Positions 13,701-29,200 of a stretch of DNA of 64,000 nt are shown here, piece after piece. The stretch comes from Nageia nagi (taxonomy: Eukaryota; Plantae; Pinophyta). The DNA lies in the NCBI GenBank assembly GCA_050084985.1, contig JBITNC010000001.1, forward strand, positions 155,992,001-156,056,000, written 5' to 3'. Made by a program: the position numbers and the translations under genes. Below the pieces are notes generated by a model. That model did not search any database. It saw nothing but the letters and a program-made list of their open reading frames with translations, and was not told the origin of the DNA. Within the stretch, counting starts at the first letter, position 1. The number at the start of each line of letters is the position of its first letter.

Positions 13701-16479
13701 AATTTGTGTTCACTCCTCAACACTCACCCTATTGAGAAGATGCCTTAAAGGTGACCCCATAATTCCTATTCCACATACCATGAGTAATAGGCTTTTTGGT
13801 CATAACGTAGTGGTTTTCTTTTTAGGTTCCATACCACCCAAAAGATGCACTTCCACTAAGTTAGCATTGTCACTTGATGATAACTCTCCATCTCATAGGA
13901 GCAAATAGCTTGTCATAGGAAAGCTTCCATATGAGTGGGTAGCGTCGCCTATGGAACAATCGTCATACCCCTATCTACTAATTGCAAGTGGTATTTCTAC
14001 TAGTTACCCTCACCTAGTAATAGTAATTTTTTCGATTGCTATCCCCACTTGACACACTTGCTAGAGGATATGGATCCCTAGCCTACCCATAACTATTGGC
14101 TAGGTCCACCATGAGGTTCGATGTCCCATGCCCATAACTTGAGGAGCCATGGATATTAAATAATATCCTTGAGTGGTTATTTAGTCTAATTTATTATTAA
14201 ATTTGTTGAAAACAAAAATCAAGGCTCGTTCTCAAACTATGGGACCTGTTGTGGGTTCTCCCACTCCATGTTTGTAAGGAATTTGGTATATCTAGAATAG
14301 GGATTCTTAATTGTATGAACTCCACCTCATAAACCTAAACCCTCTAATGTATTCCCTCTACCTACCTCCCTAGGCTATCCATTGTCTGACCAAGTGTCTT
14401 CTCTTATTGTTGACTCATGGCTGGATACCATTGGCTAATAACTAGTTACTGCTATAAATATCCCGCTTGATGTTGTAAGGTTTGTACCTACTACTTTAGG
14501 CTAGTTTTCCTCTATGTTGAGTCATCCCTACCTAGGCCCTCATTAATCCTTATCTCCTCACCTATATTTGGCATAGGGATATCCTATTAAAGAACCATCC
14601 ATCCTACTGGGCCCTTAAGTGTTTCTAATTGTGATTATGGTTCTCTACATTGATGTACTCATTATTGGAGTGGGTATCCCTCCTCCTCATAATCATCTTC
14701 TATGATAATACCCTCATATACATCCTCTCCTCCTATTGGTCCTTTTTTCATTACTCTCTGAGCTCTCTCAGCTTGCCATCACACATCATAGGCTAGAGTG
14801 GTATTTACATAATCTCTTATAGCTATGGCATCATCATTGTCATCTAATCCATCCTAGGTCTCTTGGTATAAGATCCTCGATCAACCATTTCTATTATGCA
14901 TCCTGCTATAGCTTAGGGATGCTAGAGGCACATCTTTTAGGAGGCCAAACTATCAAGTCACTTGATAAAACTCAATGTACTCATCCTCTCTCTATTTGCT
15001 CTTCACCTATTGTGGTCTTTGAACTCGAGTTTACATAAAGTAGCAAGTCATGAGGTAAGGTCTTTGCCTGCTATTGCTACAAAAGTAATGTGGCATGAAG
15101 TGGTCCTCATGAAAAGAATATTTCTTTTACTTATTATCTAGCAGTGTAGGTTTATTGTTGAAGGATTCTTTGTTGTTTTCCTTGCATTATTGCATCCATC
15201 CCAAAAGTTCTTTAGGGTTGGATTATTCTTTTTAAGATTCTGCATGGTCCTTGGTTAGAATATGGTAGAATCTAAGTAGATCAGGTTTTATATCTTATTA
15301 CCATACTCCCAAAGTTTTCCCAAATGATCCCATTTGTTTTAATTGGGTCTCATTTGTACCCATTTTGATCCCAAGGGTCCCTAAAATTTCCAAGTGATCC
15401 CAAATTGTCATTTGAACTCTTAACTCAAATTTAGGATTGTTTCTACATCATTGGGATAGTTTTGAGTTTATTGAGATTTTGGACTTAATTGGGATTAATG
15501 ACCTAATCAATCTACTTCTTTTAGGAGTTTTGATAGAATCATTTACTTAATCAATACCCACTAATCATTTTCATAGAATAACAAATATTAATCTCTACTC
15601 CTATTCATGTAATCATCATTAATCATAGCATCATAGTATCATTGTCAATAAAAAGGAAACTCATTAAATTATAATGGTAATAATTTACAAAATAAAATAA
15701 ATTCATTAAAGCATAAAATCAACTGCTTTTCATTTACCATACAAACATTACAAAATAATGCTTCTAAACTAATACAAGAAGATCATTCACACCTAGTAGA
15801 GTCCATCTCTGTTAATAACATAACTCTTGAAGTTTCCATTAACAATTACAAAGGAAAATAATAATACATTATACAAAAAAATACAAATGTACAATGAAGT
15901 ACATCATATCATCTCATATCCATGAATTAGTAAGACATCTTCATTTCATTATGGAACATCTCCATCAAGCAATGGGCATTGAACAACTCCATGGACCTTT
16001 GGTGGATGCGTCGAGTACTAGGAGGGAGGAGGATTAGGAAAACCCATTTTGTTTGACCATGATTCAAGAAAATTACATGATTTCTATCTATATACCTCAG
16101 GAGGATTTTAGGTCCTTTACAAACTACCTCCTTTCCTTGGTCATGAGTTTATTAAACATCATGCACTTTAAATTTAATAACTTTTCTTCAAATCATTACT
16201 TCATAAATAATCCCCTTATTTTAGTCTTCTATTTAAGTATTAGTGATTCATCTCCATAATATTGTTCCACCATATTATGACTTTGTACTATGGTCATTAT
16301 CACCTTGCTAGTGTATTTATAACTACCACTCAAATAATACCAAAGTTAGGTAGCTAGGGGTGTGTGTGTGTGACATTCTTTCTTTTATGACATAATAGGA
16401 TTGGGGGGTATTGCCTAACCTTTCTCAACCTAGTGATGGGATATCATGGTTAAATGAGCCTCATGTTGAAATAAAATTT

Positions 16480-19400
16480 TGTACATAAGAGATACCACAG
16501 ATTATTTAGATTGGAACAATAATCATTGGGAAAGATAAGTAAGCATACCAATAGTTCTTGATAGGATTGAAGGATACATTTGCTTGGGAATATAGCAATA
16601 TGATAGGGTTAGATCTAGTGTTTATGACTTACAATTTGGTGGTATAGGAAGATGCCAAACCTATACAATAGAAGAGAAGACTAATGTATCCAAAATATTC
16701 TCTAGTAGTCAAGAAAGATATTGATAAGTATCTTAAGGTAGGATTCATTTAGCGCATTGACTACTAACCTTGGTTAGCTAACATTGTTCTAGCTTTGAAA
16801 CCATATGGAGAAATTAGATGTTGAACATATTTTAGATATTTAAATAAAGCTTTTCCAAGGATAATTTCTCTTTACCACATATTTATACAATTGTGGATTC
16901 AATAATAGGCCATGATTTGTTATCTTTCATGGATGGTTTCTCATGATACATTCAAATCAGAATAAAAAAAGAGGATCAACATAAGAAAACACTCACCACA
17001 CCTTGGGGAATATTTTATTGGGTAGTCATGCATTTTGGGAAATATGTTTCATGATCTTATTCAAAACTTAGTTGAAGTATATATTAATGATATTCTTGCT
17101 AAATCAACTAATAAGGAAAATAATTTAGATGATTTAAGAGTTATCTTTGAAAGAATGATACAATTTAACTTGAAGATAAATCCTAAGAAGTGTATTTTTA
17201 GGGTCTTTAGTGTCAAGTTGGTTGGTTACATTGTATCTAGAAGAGATATAGAGATAGACCCTAAAAAGGTTAAAGCTATAATGGATATGCATCCATAAAG
17301 AAATATTAGACAACTAAGAAATATTCAAGGAACATTACAAGAAGTTAAAAGATTCATGGCTCAGTTGGTGGATAGGATAGCTCCATTCTTTTACTTACTT
17401 AAGAAGGGAAATTAGTTCATATGGACCAAGGAGTGTCAAAAAGCATTTTAATACACCAAAAGTTGCTTAATCCTCTTGTTTTGTATCCAATTGATCATAC
17501 CAAACCTTTATATCTATATATATTAACTACAAAGAATGCTATTAGGATGGTCCTTATCCAACTTAACAATGAAAATAGGGATATGGTTGTGTATTACTTA
17601 TCTAACATACTACATAATGCATAAATTAATTACACAACAATTAAGAAGATGTGTTATGCCATAGTCTACAAAATATAAAAAATGAGGCACTACAAGATCA
17701 CTAATACTACCTTCATTGTAGCTTAAGTTAATCCATTAAGGTACTTGTTATAAAAACCATAGTTGCAAGGAAGAACAACCAAATAGATAAGATACTTACA
17801 AGAGTTTGATCTTCTATACATACACCAAAAAGCAGTCAATGGACATGTTATAGCTATATGCTTGTAAAAGCACCATATGATGAAAATAGTAATAAGAATG
17901 AGCTTATGATACTAGTGAAGGAGTGTGAGGATAAAATATGAACACTATTCTTTGATAGTTCTAAGTGTTTCCAAGGGGATGGGATAAGAATTATGCTAGT
18001 ATCTCCTGAAGGTAGTATGATTCCTATATCGTACAAGTTCAATTTTGAATACACAAATAACATGGATGAGTATGAAGCTTTATACTTAGGATTAAATACA
18101 ATAATTAACCTTTAAAGTAATTATTTGAAGGTTTATGGTGATTCATAGCTTGTCATAAATCAAATAAATGATGTTTACAATACAAAAGATTAGCAATTAT
18201 AGCCATATAAAGACTTAGTTACTTCAATGATTCAAAGAGACTTCACACATATTCAATTTGAGAGAATTTCAAGGAATAATAATAGATTTGTAGACTCTAT
18301 GGATAATTTTGCTTCATTAACACCTATCTTAGTTGAATATGAGGAAACATTATCAAAATCAATAGCCTTAAGCACTATTAGTTTTTGGACGATGATGATT
18401 ACCAAAGGTTCTTCAAGAAAGAGCCACTCATACATGTTATCCTTCGATTACATGAATGGTATGCTAAGATCTACAACTATCTAAAGTAAGGAAGTTTTTT
18501 GGATTCATATCAATCCAAGTTCCTCAAATAAAGAATGAAACACATGGCTACAAGGTATATCATTATTGGTGATATTCTTTACAAAAGATCATTTGATGGC
18601 ATTTTTCTTAGATTTCTAAATGAAACTAAAGAAAATAAGGCTATAGAATAAGTACATAATATCATAAATGGAGGTCATTTCAATGGCAAACCCATATTTC
18701 ATAAGCTCTTAAGACTAGGGCATTATTTGCCATTTATAGAAAAGGATTACATTTTACATATTCAGAAATGTGAAAAATATCAAAAGCATGCTAACTTAAA
18801 ATAGGCTTATTCAAGTAAATTAGCCATAATGATATGTCCTTAGCCTTTTACTATTTGGGCCTTGAATTTAATTAAAGTTATCAATCCTAAATATAGTGAG
18901 GGATATAAATTCATCTTAGTTACCATATAATATTTCACAAAATGGGAAAAGGATATTCCATTAAGATCTTTCAAAGGTATTCAAATTGTAAAATTCATTA
19001 TTGAAAACATAATAACAAGATTTTATGTTCCATCACATGTAATCATGGATAATGGAAAGAATTTAAGAAGAATAAGGGAATTCTGCAAGGGTTTCAAAAT
19101 CAAGAAAACATTCTCATCAACATATTATCCACAACAAAATATAAAATTAAAAGCAACCAACAAGAAAATTATCAATATTTTTTGTAAAATAGTCAAGAAA
19201 ACTCATATAAATTGGCATTCACAACTTATATATGCACTTTGGGCATATAGAATAAGCATTAGATCAACTATAGGTTACAATCCATTCTTATTAGTCTATG
19301 GAGATGAGGTAGTCTTACCATTGGAAGTAGAAATACCATCATTAAGAGTGTATCTAGAAGGCATTATTGATTGGAAGGAGAAATGATAAGAAAGATTAGC

Positions 19401-19712
19401 GAAGCTAGAAGGATTAGATGAAAAAAGGATAAATGCCTTAGAACATCTTAGAGCTTATCAGAGAAGAGCCAAGAAAGCATATGGTAAGAAGATTGTACCA
19501 AGAGAGTTCCAAGTGGATGACTTAGTGCTTAAGGATAATCATCATAAATCATGGGCTGAAAAGTAAGATAAAGGAAAGTTTAAGAAAAATTAGATAGGTT
19601 CTAACATCATCAAGATGATGTATCCAAACAATGCACATCGGTAATAAATAGTTGATAGTAAAGTAGATAAATCTTCAACCAATGCAAAATACCTCAAGCC
19701 CTTTTATACATA
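16480..19712 (+). mobile_element. Degenerate Ty3/Gypsy pol (RT - RNase H - additional RNase H - integrase), Tat/Ogre-like
   Basis: RT motifs LSFMDGFS, TTPWG, VEVYINDILAKS, LKINPKKC; RNase H; second RNase H (LFFDSS...TNNMDEYEALYLGL...VYGDS); integrase GGHF and PFLLVYGDEVVLPLEVEIPSLR; many stops and frameshifts. Confidence 0.95.
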
Positions 19713-21224
19713 AGGGAATCTTGTCACATATATTCTAGTAGTCATCCTTCAGTTAATCGTTAGTGCAAAGGTCAAGTATTAGGATCCTATCATTGTTAAT
19801 GTTATATTAAGCTAGCATCAATGCAAGCTTTCTGCAACAACTTTTCCCATTTAGCTTAGTGCTCATGTTTGTATTCTTAGCATATTTTAGAAAAAAAAGT
19901 AAGCCATATGAATCAAATATCACATTTAGGTTAGGTAGGATATGTGTTAGCATCATATCAAAGTCAACCAGTTTTCATCTACAAACTCATTATATTGGTT
20001 CAATCAGTCATACAAATGATGCATTGGGAAATTTTATTTTATTCTTAGACATCACACATAAACTAAACCTGTTAGAATAGTCACACCTCAATTATAGAAT
20101 AATTTTAGAATTAAAATTAAAGTGAGGCTTAATGCCCACACTACCTTCCATTCCCATGCTAACATAAGCATATGCATTATTATTTTTGCATCAAAGTAGA
20201 TAGTTCATCAAAGGTAAGTGCATGTATCATTTTCTACTCTTTTACTTGTAAATTCATGTTTGTAATTCAATTATATTAGGTTTAGTAATTTGTTGGATAC
20301 ATCATGTCCTTTTCAGATGGATTTTAAATAAATATCACTATTTTATGATCATTTGGTTGAGACTAAATCAACCATTTTCTTAAGTTAGGCTAGTGATTGG
20401 GACTAAACTAATCATTAATATAATGACCACATTATCATTTATAATATAATCATGCATGATTAGAAAATATTCAAACCAATCATCTTTGATTCACCTTTGT
20501 TGTTTGGGTCTTAACTAACCATCACCTCTAAATCACATCTAAAAATGGGGCATGTACCTCATGATCATGAGTAGCATATCACATACATGGTTGGAAAATA
20601 TTCAAACTATGCATATATTTGAGTCATATTTTTTAGTTGGGTCTCAACTAACCATCATCATCATGCAATTTCTTATGATTCATATGTTGCATCCAGGAAT
20701 GGAGCATGTACCTCATGATGATATTAACATATATGGTTCTGATTGCATGTGTTCTATCTAGGAATGGGGCATGTACCCCATGACAATGTGGATGCATCTT
20801 TATCATGATTTTATATGTATGTATCTAAGAATGAAATATTAAGTATTTCTATATTTAGTGTTCTTAAGATGATGTATGCATATTATATTATTTCAAACTT
20901 GCTCCATTATTACTATATCATTTGTGATATAATGTTGTGATGTTTACTCTTATTATCATTGCTATATCTTTTATGAGTTAAAAATCATACATATTATTAG
21001 AAGTGTGTGTCTCTCACTTTCAAGTTTCATTCTTTGCTCTTGGTTGATTCTACTTCATGCAATCCATTACATCTCATAATCAAGGTAAAGAGGGGTTAAT
21101 AGACATTACTAATCCTTGATGATTTGGAAAACTAAACTAGGGAAGTGTTAAAGTTTTCTTCTCTTTACCTTTACTTCCTTTGTAAGCATAATTTCATTTT
21201 AAGATTTAATTTCATTATACTTAC

Positions 21225-22925
21225 AAAGGAGGGTATTTGTTGACACCTAAAAATAGTCCCCTTAATCCTATCCCACTTACTTGCAACTTTATATATATGT
21301 TTAATCATATTTTAATTATATTTATTCTATTATCATATATTTCTCAATATAAGTATCTCTAACCTTGGAAAAGCATGTGAAGATTACATATTGATAGTCG
21401 ATACCCTACTCTTCGGTATTTCTAAACATTGCATATTGATAATGGAATCTTGTTATCACTTGAGAAAATATCTATCATCCATCCTTATGACCATATGCTC
21501 AGTTCAAATTTCTATCATATTTGTTATCATATATCCTTATTAGAAAATCTCATCTTATCAAAATATTAATGTCTAGGTTGACATTTGAGCCCACACTAAT
21601 TATTCATAGATTAGCACCTGTGTTGGTATATTTTCTACAGTTAGCATTGGGGTTCATATAGCAAGGTCACCATTCTTTAACACATTTTTTCTAACATATT
21701 CTTGACCTTAACATGGGTAAGAACACATAGGTATTTATCTTACACTTGATTCCTTTCTATTTAGTGCATGTATTCCATTTGACATCTTGATATCAATGTA
21801 CTTTGTAACTATGTTACTACATTATGATATTTCCACTAGTTTCTATTAGAGTTAATTAGCTTAGATATTACATACTTAAATGTTTATGTATATTTAGTTC
21901 ATTTAGACTAAAATCCTAGGTGTAATAAAACACATGTAAAAGCACCAAAGAGAGCACTTGGTATGAAAAAGGAAAATATTATTTATGAAGCAACAATGGA
22001 AGGAGAATATTATTTTTTTGATAGTTTTGAGACTTTTATGTTGAATGAGTTTATGCAAAATATTTAATTCTTCAAAAGAAATCATTAAAAGTTTTCTCTT
22101 ATGAGGAAAAATTGCAAGTTACTTTGTGTGTAAAGGCATTAGTGCAAAGTTGTTTTGTACAAAAGTATGAGCTTTACAACCCTCATTGGAAGGAGGAATG
22201 CAAAGAAATCAAGGATAATATTTTATTGTTGAAGAACCATCAATTAGTGGCAAGTGTGGGCAATTATAACATGGATGATTCTTATATGAAGGATAATCAT
22301 TTCTTGGCTATACAATATTTATTGAAAGAAGCATATTTATTGGTTGTAATTATGGTGAGTCATTTTATGGAAACTAAATTTTATATTATTTATGTGATGA
22401 TTTATGAAACTATTTTATGGTATAATGATATGGTTTAGGTTGATGAATACTCAATTGGAGTATGGATCAATGTTAAAGATGAAATTGATGATCACATGAA
22501 GACATGGTTGTTGAGAACCATTGGAAGGATTATTGAAGAGAATATTTTTGATGTAGGGGAGTTGATCATGAAAAGGAACTTATATTTTAATTATAGGAGA
22601 AATAAAACATAAAGGAAAACCCACATGAAGAGAAGAAGTGTGGTGAAAGTCGTGCTTTCTTGCAATATGGAGTAACAAATTTGGAGGACATTGAGAATTG
22701 ACCTAGGTCATTCAAAAATCATCACACTATATCCCAAATCTGATCCAATCCTTCATATTATCATACCATATCTTTGAGGATTGATTGCTTCTCATATCAG
22801 GTGCACACTTTCTTGATTTTATTCAAACAACGTAGACAAGTGATTTGCATCATGTATTATAGATTTATGTTTATTGTATTTATTATAATAAATCATAATT
22901 TAGAGTCTACATATTGGTGAAACTT
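21225..22925 (+). mobile_element. PPT, putative LTR (TG 21238 ... CA 22911) and downstream PBS-like site
   Basis: aaaggaggg-tatt-TGTTGACACCTAAAA at 21225-21252; gagtctaCA-tat-TGGTGAAAC at 22903-22923 resembles the LTR/PBS junction at 12496. Confidence 0.5.
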
Positions 22926-25408
22926 GATTGATCCTACAAACCTTAGAATTTTTATTTTAGGAAATCACTTTTTCTGAGGAGTCTTGCATTAAAAACCTTT
23001 GGTTTTGTTTTATTTCTATTTAAATTAATTTTCTCCAAATTTAGAAAATTTTATTACTTTGAAAAAAAAATCTAAAAAATATCATTGAATAAAAAACCCA
23101 ATTTTTGGAGGTCATTTTTTTCAAATTAGAGATATTTAGCATTATAAAAATTTATCCAAACCATAGATAAATATAATTGGGAAATTTTTGTGATTTTTCT
23201 AAGTCTAGATTTGCATGTTTTAATCAATTTTGAGAAAATGTTTGCAAAAAATGTCACATTGAAAATTCATAAATTTAGATAATATTTTATAAACTATTTG
23301 GTGACTTATTTCATGATAAAAACTTTCCAAAGGCATATGTCATCATAGTAGGCAATTGTATAATATTAATTTGAGCTTATTGCATACATTTTTGTCAAGA
23401 TTTATAGAGATTTTAAAATAAAATATTTTTGCATAAAATATTGAAATTTGAAGGTTGGTTTCTTGAATTTTAAAAGTTTTAGCATCATAAAACTTTTCCC
23501 ACATCATATATATACATTATAGCAACTTATATTTAATTTTGTATGGTATAAAAGTGCTTATTTTATTATATTTCTTGAAGTTTTATGCAAAACTCTAGAT
23601 ATAGCATTTTAGCATGGCTAATACAAGTGATTTTCTTGAATATTTGAACATTTTATGTGATACATTTCCATCTTTTCTTAAACAAGAAATGCTTAAAGAT
23701 GTTAATGTTAGGCAAAGTAAAAATAGAAAAAAAATCTTATGATGAAATTATTTTACCAAATTCATGTTTAAATGATGATGCTATGCAAAATGATGTGTCA
23801 ATCATAGAAAATCAAGGAATGAATATGGTTGAAATTGATTATGATGAATATTTAAACCTTGAAGCTATAGATAAGTTTGAGATGTATGATATTACATTTG
23901 AAAATTTATCATATCAAGATCAACTCAAGAAAATTAAAGACCATATATTATCTAATCCTTCTTTTATGTTATACATTTATATTGATCTTGATTTAAAGGA
24001 AAAATATCATGTATTTCTAAGGAAATAATTAAACTCACTATTAAAATATCCATATGCAATAGTGTATGTAAACAATTGAGAAAGGTGAAATACATAAAAA
24101 AATTATATACTTTAAAACCTTAAACCAATACAAAAGGAACTCAAACAAATTTCAAACCTCAACGTACTGCATAAATTCAAAATATTGATCAACTTGAAGA
24201 ATAAATATCAATGGAAAAGGATGGTATGCATGAATAAATAGAGATTTATCACAATGCCTTTCATAATCGTATGTATAACAAGTTTCAATTTATTGGTCTT
24301 TTGAAAAGTATCAATTTGAGATTGAATTCCTTAATGATATTTTGCAAAATGGAATGTTTAGTGAATTATCTTAGTTTGCATAAGTGGAATTGATTGATAT
24401 TCTTGAAAAGGTAGCAACACATCTAATTATTGAGAAAAAAATAGAAACTCTAATAAAAAAATATCAAATTCTTATGGAAAAATGCAATAAAAATCATGGA
24501 GGTGGTTCCACCACCCTCTAGTGTATTATAGCTTCTAATTTTGCATATTATATAGGATGCATCTCATATATGCTTGCAAATTTATAGGTTGCATATTATT
24601 TGAGTCAATCCCATGCATGCATTTGGTTACCATGGTAAATCTCATTAGGTTTTTCAATCCTTCTATATTCACATCTTCATCTTTTCAATCACTTTTTATT
24701 GTTTCTCATTTGCTTATTGAATCTTTTCATCATATGTTCTTCTTTTATCAAATGCTTTTCATGTCTTTATATTTCATAAAGATTTTCAAATTTTCCATGT
24801 TAACCAAATGTCTCATGTATAGAATAGTCATGTATCTAGTTATTGCATCTCATATTAGTTGTATTTCATAAAACAATTCAAAAATAAAAATAAGTAAGTA
24901 GGATCAACATACAAATAGGTACAAGAATTAAAATTACAATAAAGTGGATATAGTCTTAGCTAGAGGAAGTTTCAATTTTAGTTGGGGATTGTTTTAGTTT
25001 CAGCTAAGGGTAGTATAAGTTTTTAGATAGGGCCACGATAAAAATCAAATATCAAAATAGAAAGCAAAAAAAATAGAGCTCATAATCAAAAATAAAAAAA
25101 ATCTAATTACAAAAAATAGAACATGCACATCATTGCAGTACATTATTCATGGTGCCAACACCATGTAAATCAATTCAAAATTACCCATTTTAAGGGAACG
25201 TAGGTAAGTACAAGTATGATATTTCATCCCAAACTTCATCACATTTTAGATATATATGAAGTTCAGAGCATTCACATTATGCAATATCTATATGTTTACT
25301 TTGAAAATATGACATAATTTTTTTGTGATTATCTTTCAAATGCAATATATGTTCTACTCATGATGTTTTCAAAAAAACATGAACAAAAATGTCTAACCCA
25401 TTCTATAA

Positions 25409-25648
25409 GAAACCCTTATTACTTTGAGGCAATAAAGTACCCACTTTGCTTGGGGACATAAGAAAAATAATGAAATCCTTATTACTTTAGGACAATAAAG
25501 TACCCAGTTTGCTTGGAGATATAAGAAAAATAAAGAAACCCTTATTACTTTTGGAGAAAAAAAGTACCCACTTTTCTTGGGACATAAGAAAAATAGCAAG
25601 AAACCCTTATTACTTTGGGGCAAGAAAGTGCCCACTTTGTTGGGGACA
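25409..25648 (+). repeat. ~62-bp minisatellite, ~4 units
   Basis: gaaacccttattactttg..gcaataaagtacccactttgcttggggacataagaaaaataa repeated. Confidence 0.93.
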
Positions 25649-25899
25649 CTTTTATATCATGTTATGTTATATAATACTATCATCATGTTATAGATTTTTG
25701 TCTTCATTTTATGTTTGTCATCATGCTATTTTGCAATATTATATCTCTTTAAAATATATGATCTATGTGGGTATGTTTCTTTCATATTTTGCAAGTTATG
25801 TCTCACAATTTATTTTTACCTTGGCTTTCCCATCCATGGAGCTTTCTTGGGGCAACCAAGTCAAAAGGGAGCATGAAGGAAGAAAAAAACGTGTGACTC

Positions 25900-26067
25900 C
25901 TACGAACCCCACTTAAGCCTTACTAGTTACAGCCATACATCTATAGGCGCCGACATCTATATATATTGATTTACTGGAATGTTGATACGGAAGAAGTTAT
26001 ATTAATTATATCGGGACTGGTGAAGAATGATATATGCAGTACGTATATAACAGGCTGCCAGAGCAAT
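25900..26067 (+). repeat. Upstream block X of the TIR locus, repeated at ~32180-32348
   Basis: aagccttactagttacag...ataacaggctgccagagcaa is near-identical at both sites. Confidence 0.93.
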
Positions 26068-26289
26068 AGAACAGCCTGTTGAAATATAGCTCTACGAAAC
26101 ATGTCTCTTAAGAACAGCCTGTCGTTAGTGGACATACTCGGTTGTAGAATTTCCTGTCATTATAAAATTTTACGTGTATGAAACGGATTTTCAACCAGTC
26201 CTGATGTAAATCTCATGGATAGAAGTCAAAAGGCTAATGGGAAAAACTAAATGGGATAGTGATAAGATACTACCCTTTTTTGTCATCCA

Positions 26290-29200
26290 TTGAAACATAA
26301 TAATAAATTCATTTGCTGTGAAAGGCATCTCTAAATATCGCCCACTATTCACAAATAAAGTACAAAACAAAAATGTGGTCCTAGCTTTCTAGTTCTCGTC
26401 TTTCTAGTTCTCCTGAACTCGAGCATTCACCTATAAGAGGAGCGAGGTCCTAAAATATTATACGCTTCCACTCCCTTAAACCCTTCTCAGCCCAAATCCC
26501 TCATTTCCGTGGTAGGAAGGGATTGAATGCCAGTTCCACCAATCCCAAGAGTAACCGGATTGGTTTTCAGGTAACTTTCGTACTTCCCCATGAAGGCTTC
26601 ATATTTCAGGACTGCTTGCTTCTAATCTGGTAGTAGTAACCCTTCTGCGTGCAATCCCAAAGTCGTAGTCTTATTTTAATTTGTAGATTCTACCATTGAG
26701 ATTTGAGTGTCTTCAATGATTTATACCGATTGTATATCATGTAACTTATTGAATTCATTTCTTGTGCAAGCCTCTCTAAACATGGCCAGTTGTGTACAGA
26801 TTCCATATTCCTGATCCTCTAATACTGTACAAATAAAAAAAGTGGAGTCCTAACGTTCCAGGCCTCGTAGGCCAAACACTTACCTGTACCTGGAGTGCAG
26901 TCCACAAATATTTTATTCTTTCATTCCCTTCTCCAGCCCAAATCCGTCATTTGAATAGCAAGAGGGGATTGACTGCTAGTTTCATCCATACCAAGAGCAA
27001 TTGGATCGGTTTTCAGGTGAGTTTCCTGCTTCCCCATCAAGTCTTCATTTTTCAAGACTGCTTCCTTCTAACCTAGATCATCTTCTGCGTGCAATCTCAA
27101 AGTCGTAGACTTATTTTAATTTTTAGATTCTACCATTGAGATTTTAGTGTCTCCAATTATTTATATCGAGTGTAGATAATGTAACATATTGAATTCATTG
27201 CTGTGCAGTCCTCTCTAAACATCACCAGATGTTTACAGATTCCTGATTCTCTAATACCGTACAAATAAAAAATATCGAGTCCTGACGGTCCAGTCATCGT
27301 AAGCCAAACAGTAAACTGTAAGTGGAGAGCAGTCCACAAAAATTTTATGCTTTCGCTCCCTTCTCCAGCCCAAATCTGTCATTTGAATGGCAAGAGGGGA
27401 TTGAGTGCCAGTTTCACCCATCCCACGAGCAATTGGATCGGTTTGCGGGTGGGTTTCCTGCTTCTCCATTAAGTCTTCAGTTTTAAAGATTCTTCTCTTC
27501 CAGTGAGATCCAAAGCAACACATCCTTCTTCTCTTCCAGTGAGGTCCAAAGCAATACCCTACGCTCCCCCAGTGAGGTCCAAAGCAACAACACATCCTTC
27601 TTCTCTTCGAGTGAGGTCCAAAGTAACACCCTATGCTTCCCCAGTGAGGTCCAAAGCAACATTCCCTGGGGAGCCTTAGTTTTTGTATCCCTCCTTCCTT
27701 TTAGAATCACTATTCTCTTGTCTCTTGTAGATTGTAGTTGTTTATTCTTTTATGTTTTCTTGAGATGTGTCCACTAAAAATTTGCTAGCTTCATATACAT
27801 GGTTGTACTTACTAGTCCCATTGAAGGAAGACATTAATATACTTTCTTTTCTTTCTTAATCTTATTTTAATTTGTAGATTCTACCATTGAGATTTTAGTG
27901 TCTTCAATTATTTATACCGACTGTAGATCGTGTAACTTATTGAATTCATTTGTTGTGCGGTCCTCTCTAAACATCACCAGATGTTTACAGATTCCTGATC
28001 CTCTAATACTGTCCACTTCAAAAATATGGAGCCCTAAAGTTCCAGGCGGACCGCCAAAATCGGTCATTTCAAGGGCAAGAAGGGACTTAGTGCCAGTTTC
28101 ACCCATCCCAAGAACAATTGGATCGGTTTTCAGGTGGGTTTCCTTCTTTCCCATTAAGTCTTCATTTTTCAAGACTGATTGCTTGCAACCTAGAACATCT
28201 TCTGCGTGCAATCACAAAGTCGTAGTCTTATATTAGTTTTAAGATTCTACCATTGAGATTTTAGTGTCTTCAATGATTTATATCGAGTGTAGATGGTGTA
28301 ACTTATTGAATTCATCTGCCGTGCAGTCCTCTCTAAACATCACCAGATGTGTACAGATTCCCGATCCTTTAATACTGTACACTTCAAAAATGTGGAGTCC
28401 TAACCTTCCCGGCCTCGTACGCCAAACACTAACCTGTAAGTTGAGTGGAGTCCACAAATATTTTATGCTTTCACTCCCTTCTCAAGCCCAGATCCGTCAT
28501 TTCAATGGTAAGAGGGGATTCAGTGCCAGTTCTACCCATCCCCAGAGCAATTGGATCGGTTTTCAGGTGAGTTTCCTGCTTCCCCATTAAGCCCTCGTTT
28601 TTCAAGACTGCTTGCTTCTAACCTAGATCACCTTCTCCGTGCAATGCCGAAGTCGTAGTCGTATTTTAATTTTAATATTCTACCATTGAGATTTTAGTGT
28701 CTTGGAATGATTTATACTGAGTGTGGATCTTGTAATCCATTGAATTGATTTCCTGTGCAGGCTTCTCTCAACATCACCAGATGTTTACAAATTCCTGATT
28801 CTCTAATACTCTACAAAGCAGAAATGCGGAGTTCTAACGTTCAAGGCCTCCTACGCCAAACAGTCACGTGTAAGTGGAGTGGAGTCCTGAAATATTTTAT
28901 GTTTTCATTCTCTTCTCGATCCCAAATCCCTCATTTGCATGGTAAGAGGGAATTGAGTGCCAGTTCCACCAATCGCAAGAGCAATTGGATATGTTATCAG
29001 GTTAGTTTCCTGCTTCCCCGTTAAGTCTTCATTTTTCAAGATTGCTTCCTTCTAACCTAGATCACCTTTTGCTCGCAATACCAAAGTCGTAGTTTTTTTT
29101 TTCTCTACCATTGAGTGTCTTGAATGATTTATACCGAGTTTAGATCGTGTAACTCATTGAGTTCATTTGATGTGAAGGCCTCTCTAAACATTCTGAGATG

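Noticed and set aside
19859-25916. Assorted 60-135-aa ORFs
   Set aside because: Low-complexity AT-rich or repeat-derived frames in LTR/UTR debris with no recognisable motifs
27490-27665. Repeat-spacer appearance resembling CRISPR (also 42930-43135)
   Set aside because: Spacers are only ~11-17 nt and are themselves repeated, there are no cas genes, and the context is plant nuclear DNA; it is a minisatellite
27157-28211. Minus-strand ORFs across the array (and 42596-43750)
   Set aside because: Frames are not preserved between units and lack splice signals; the plus frame explains the conservation
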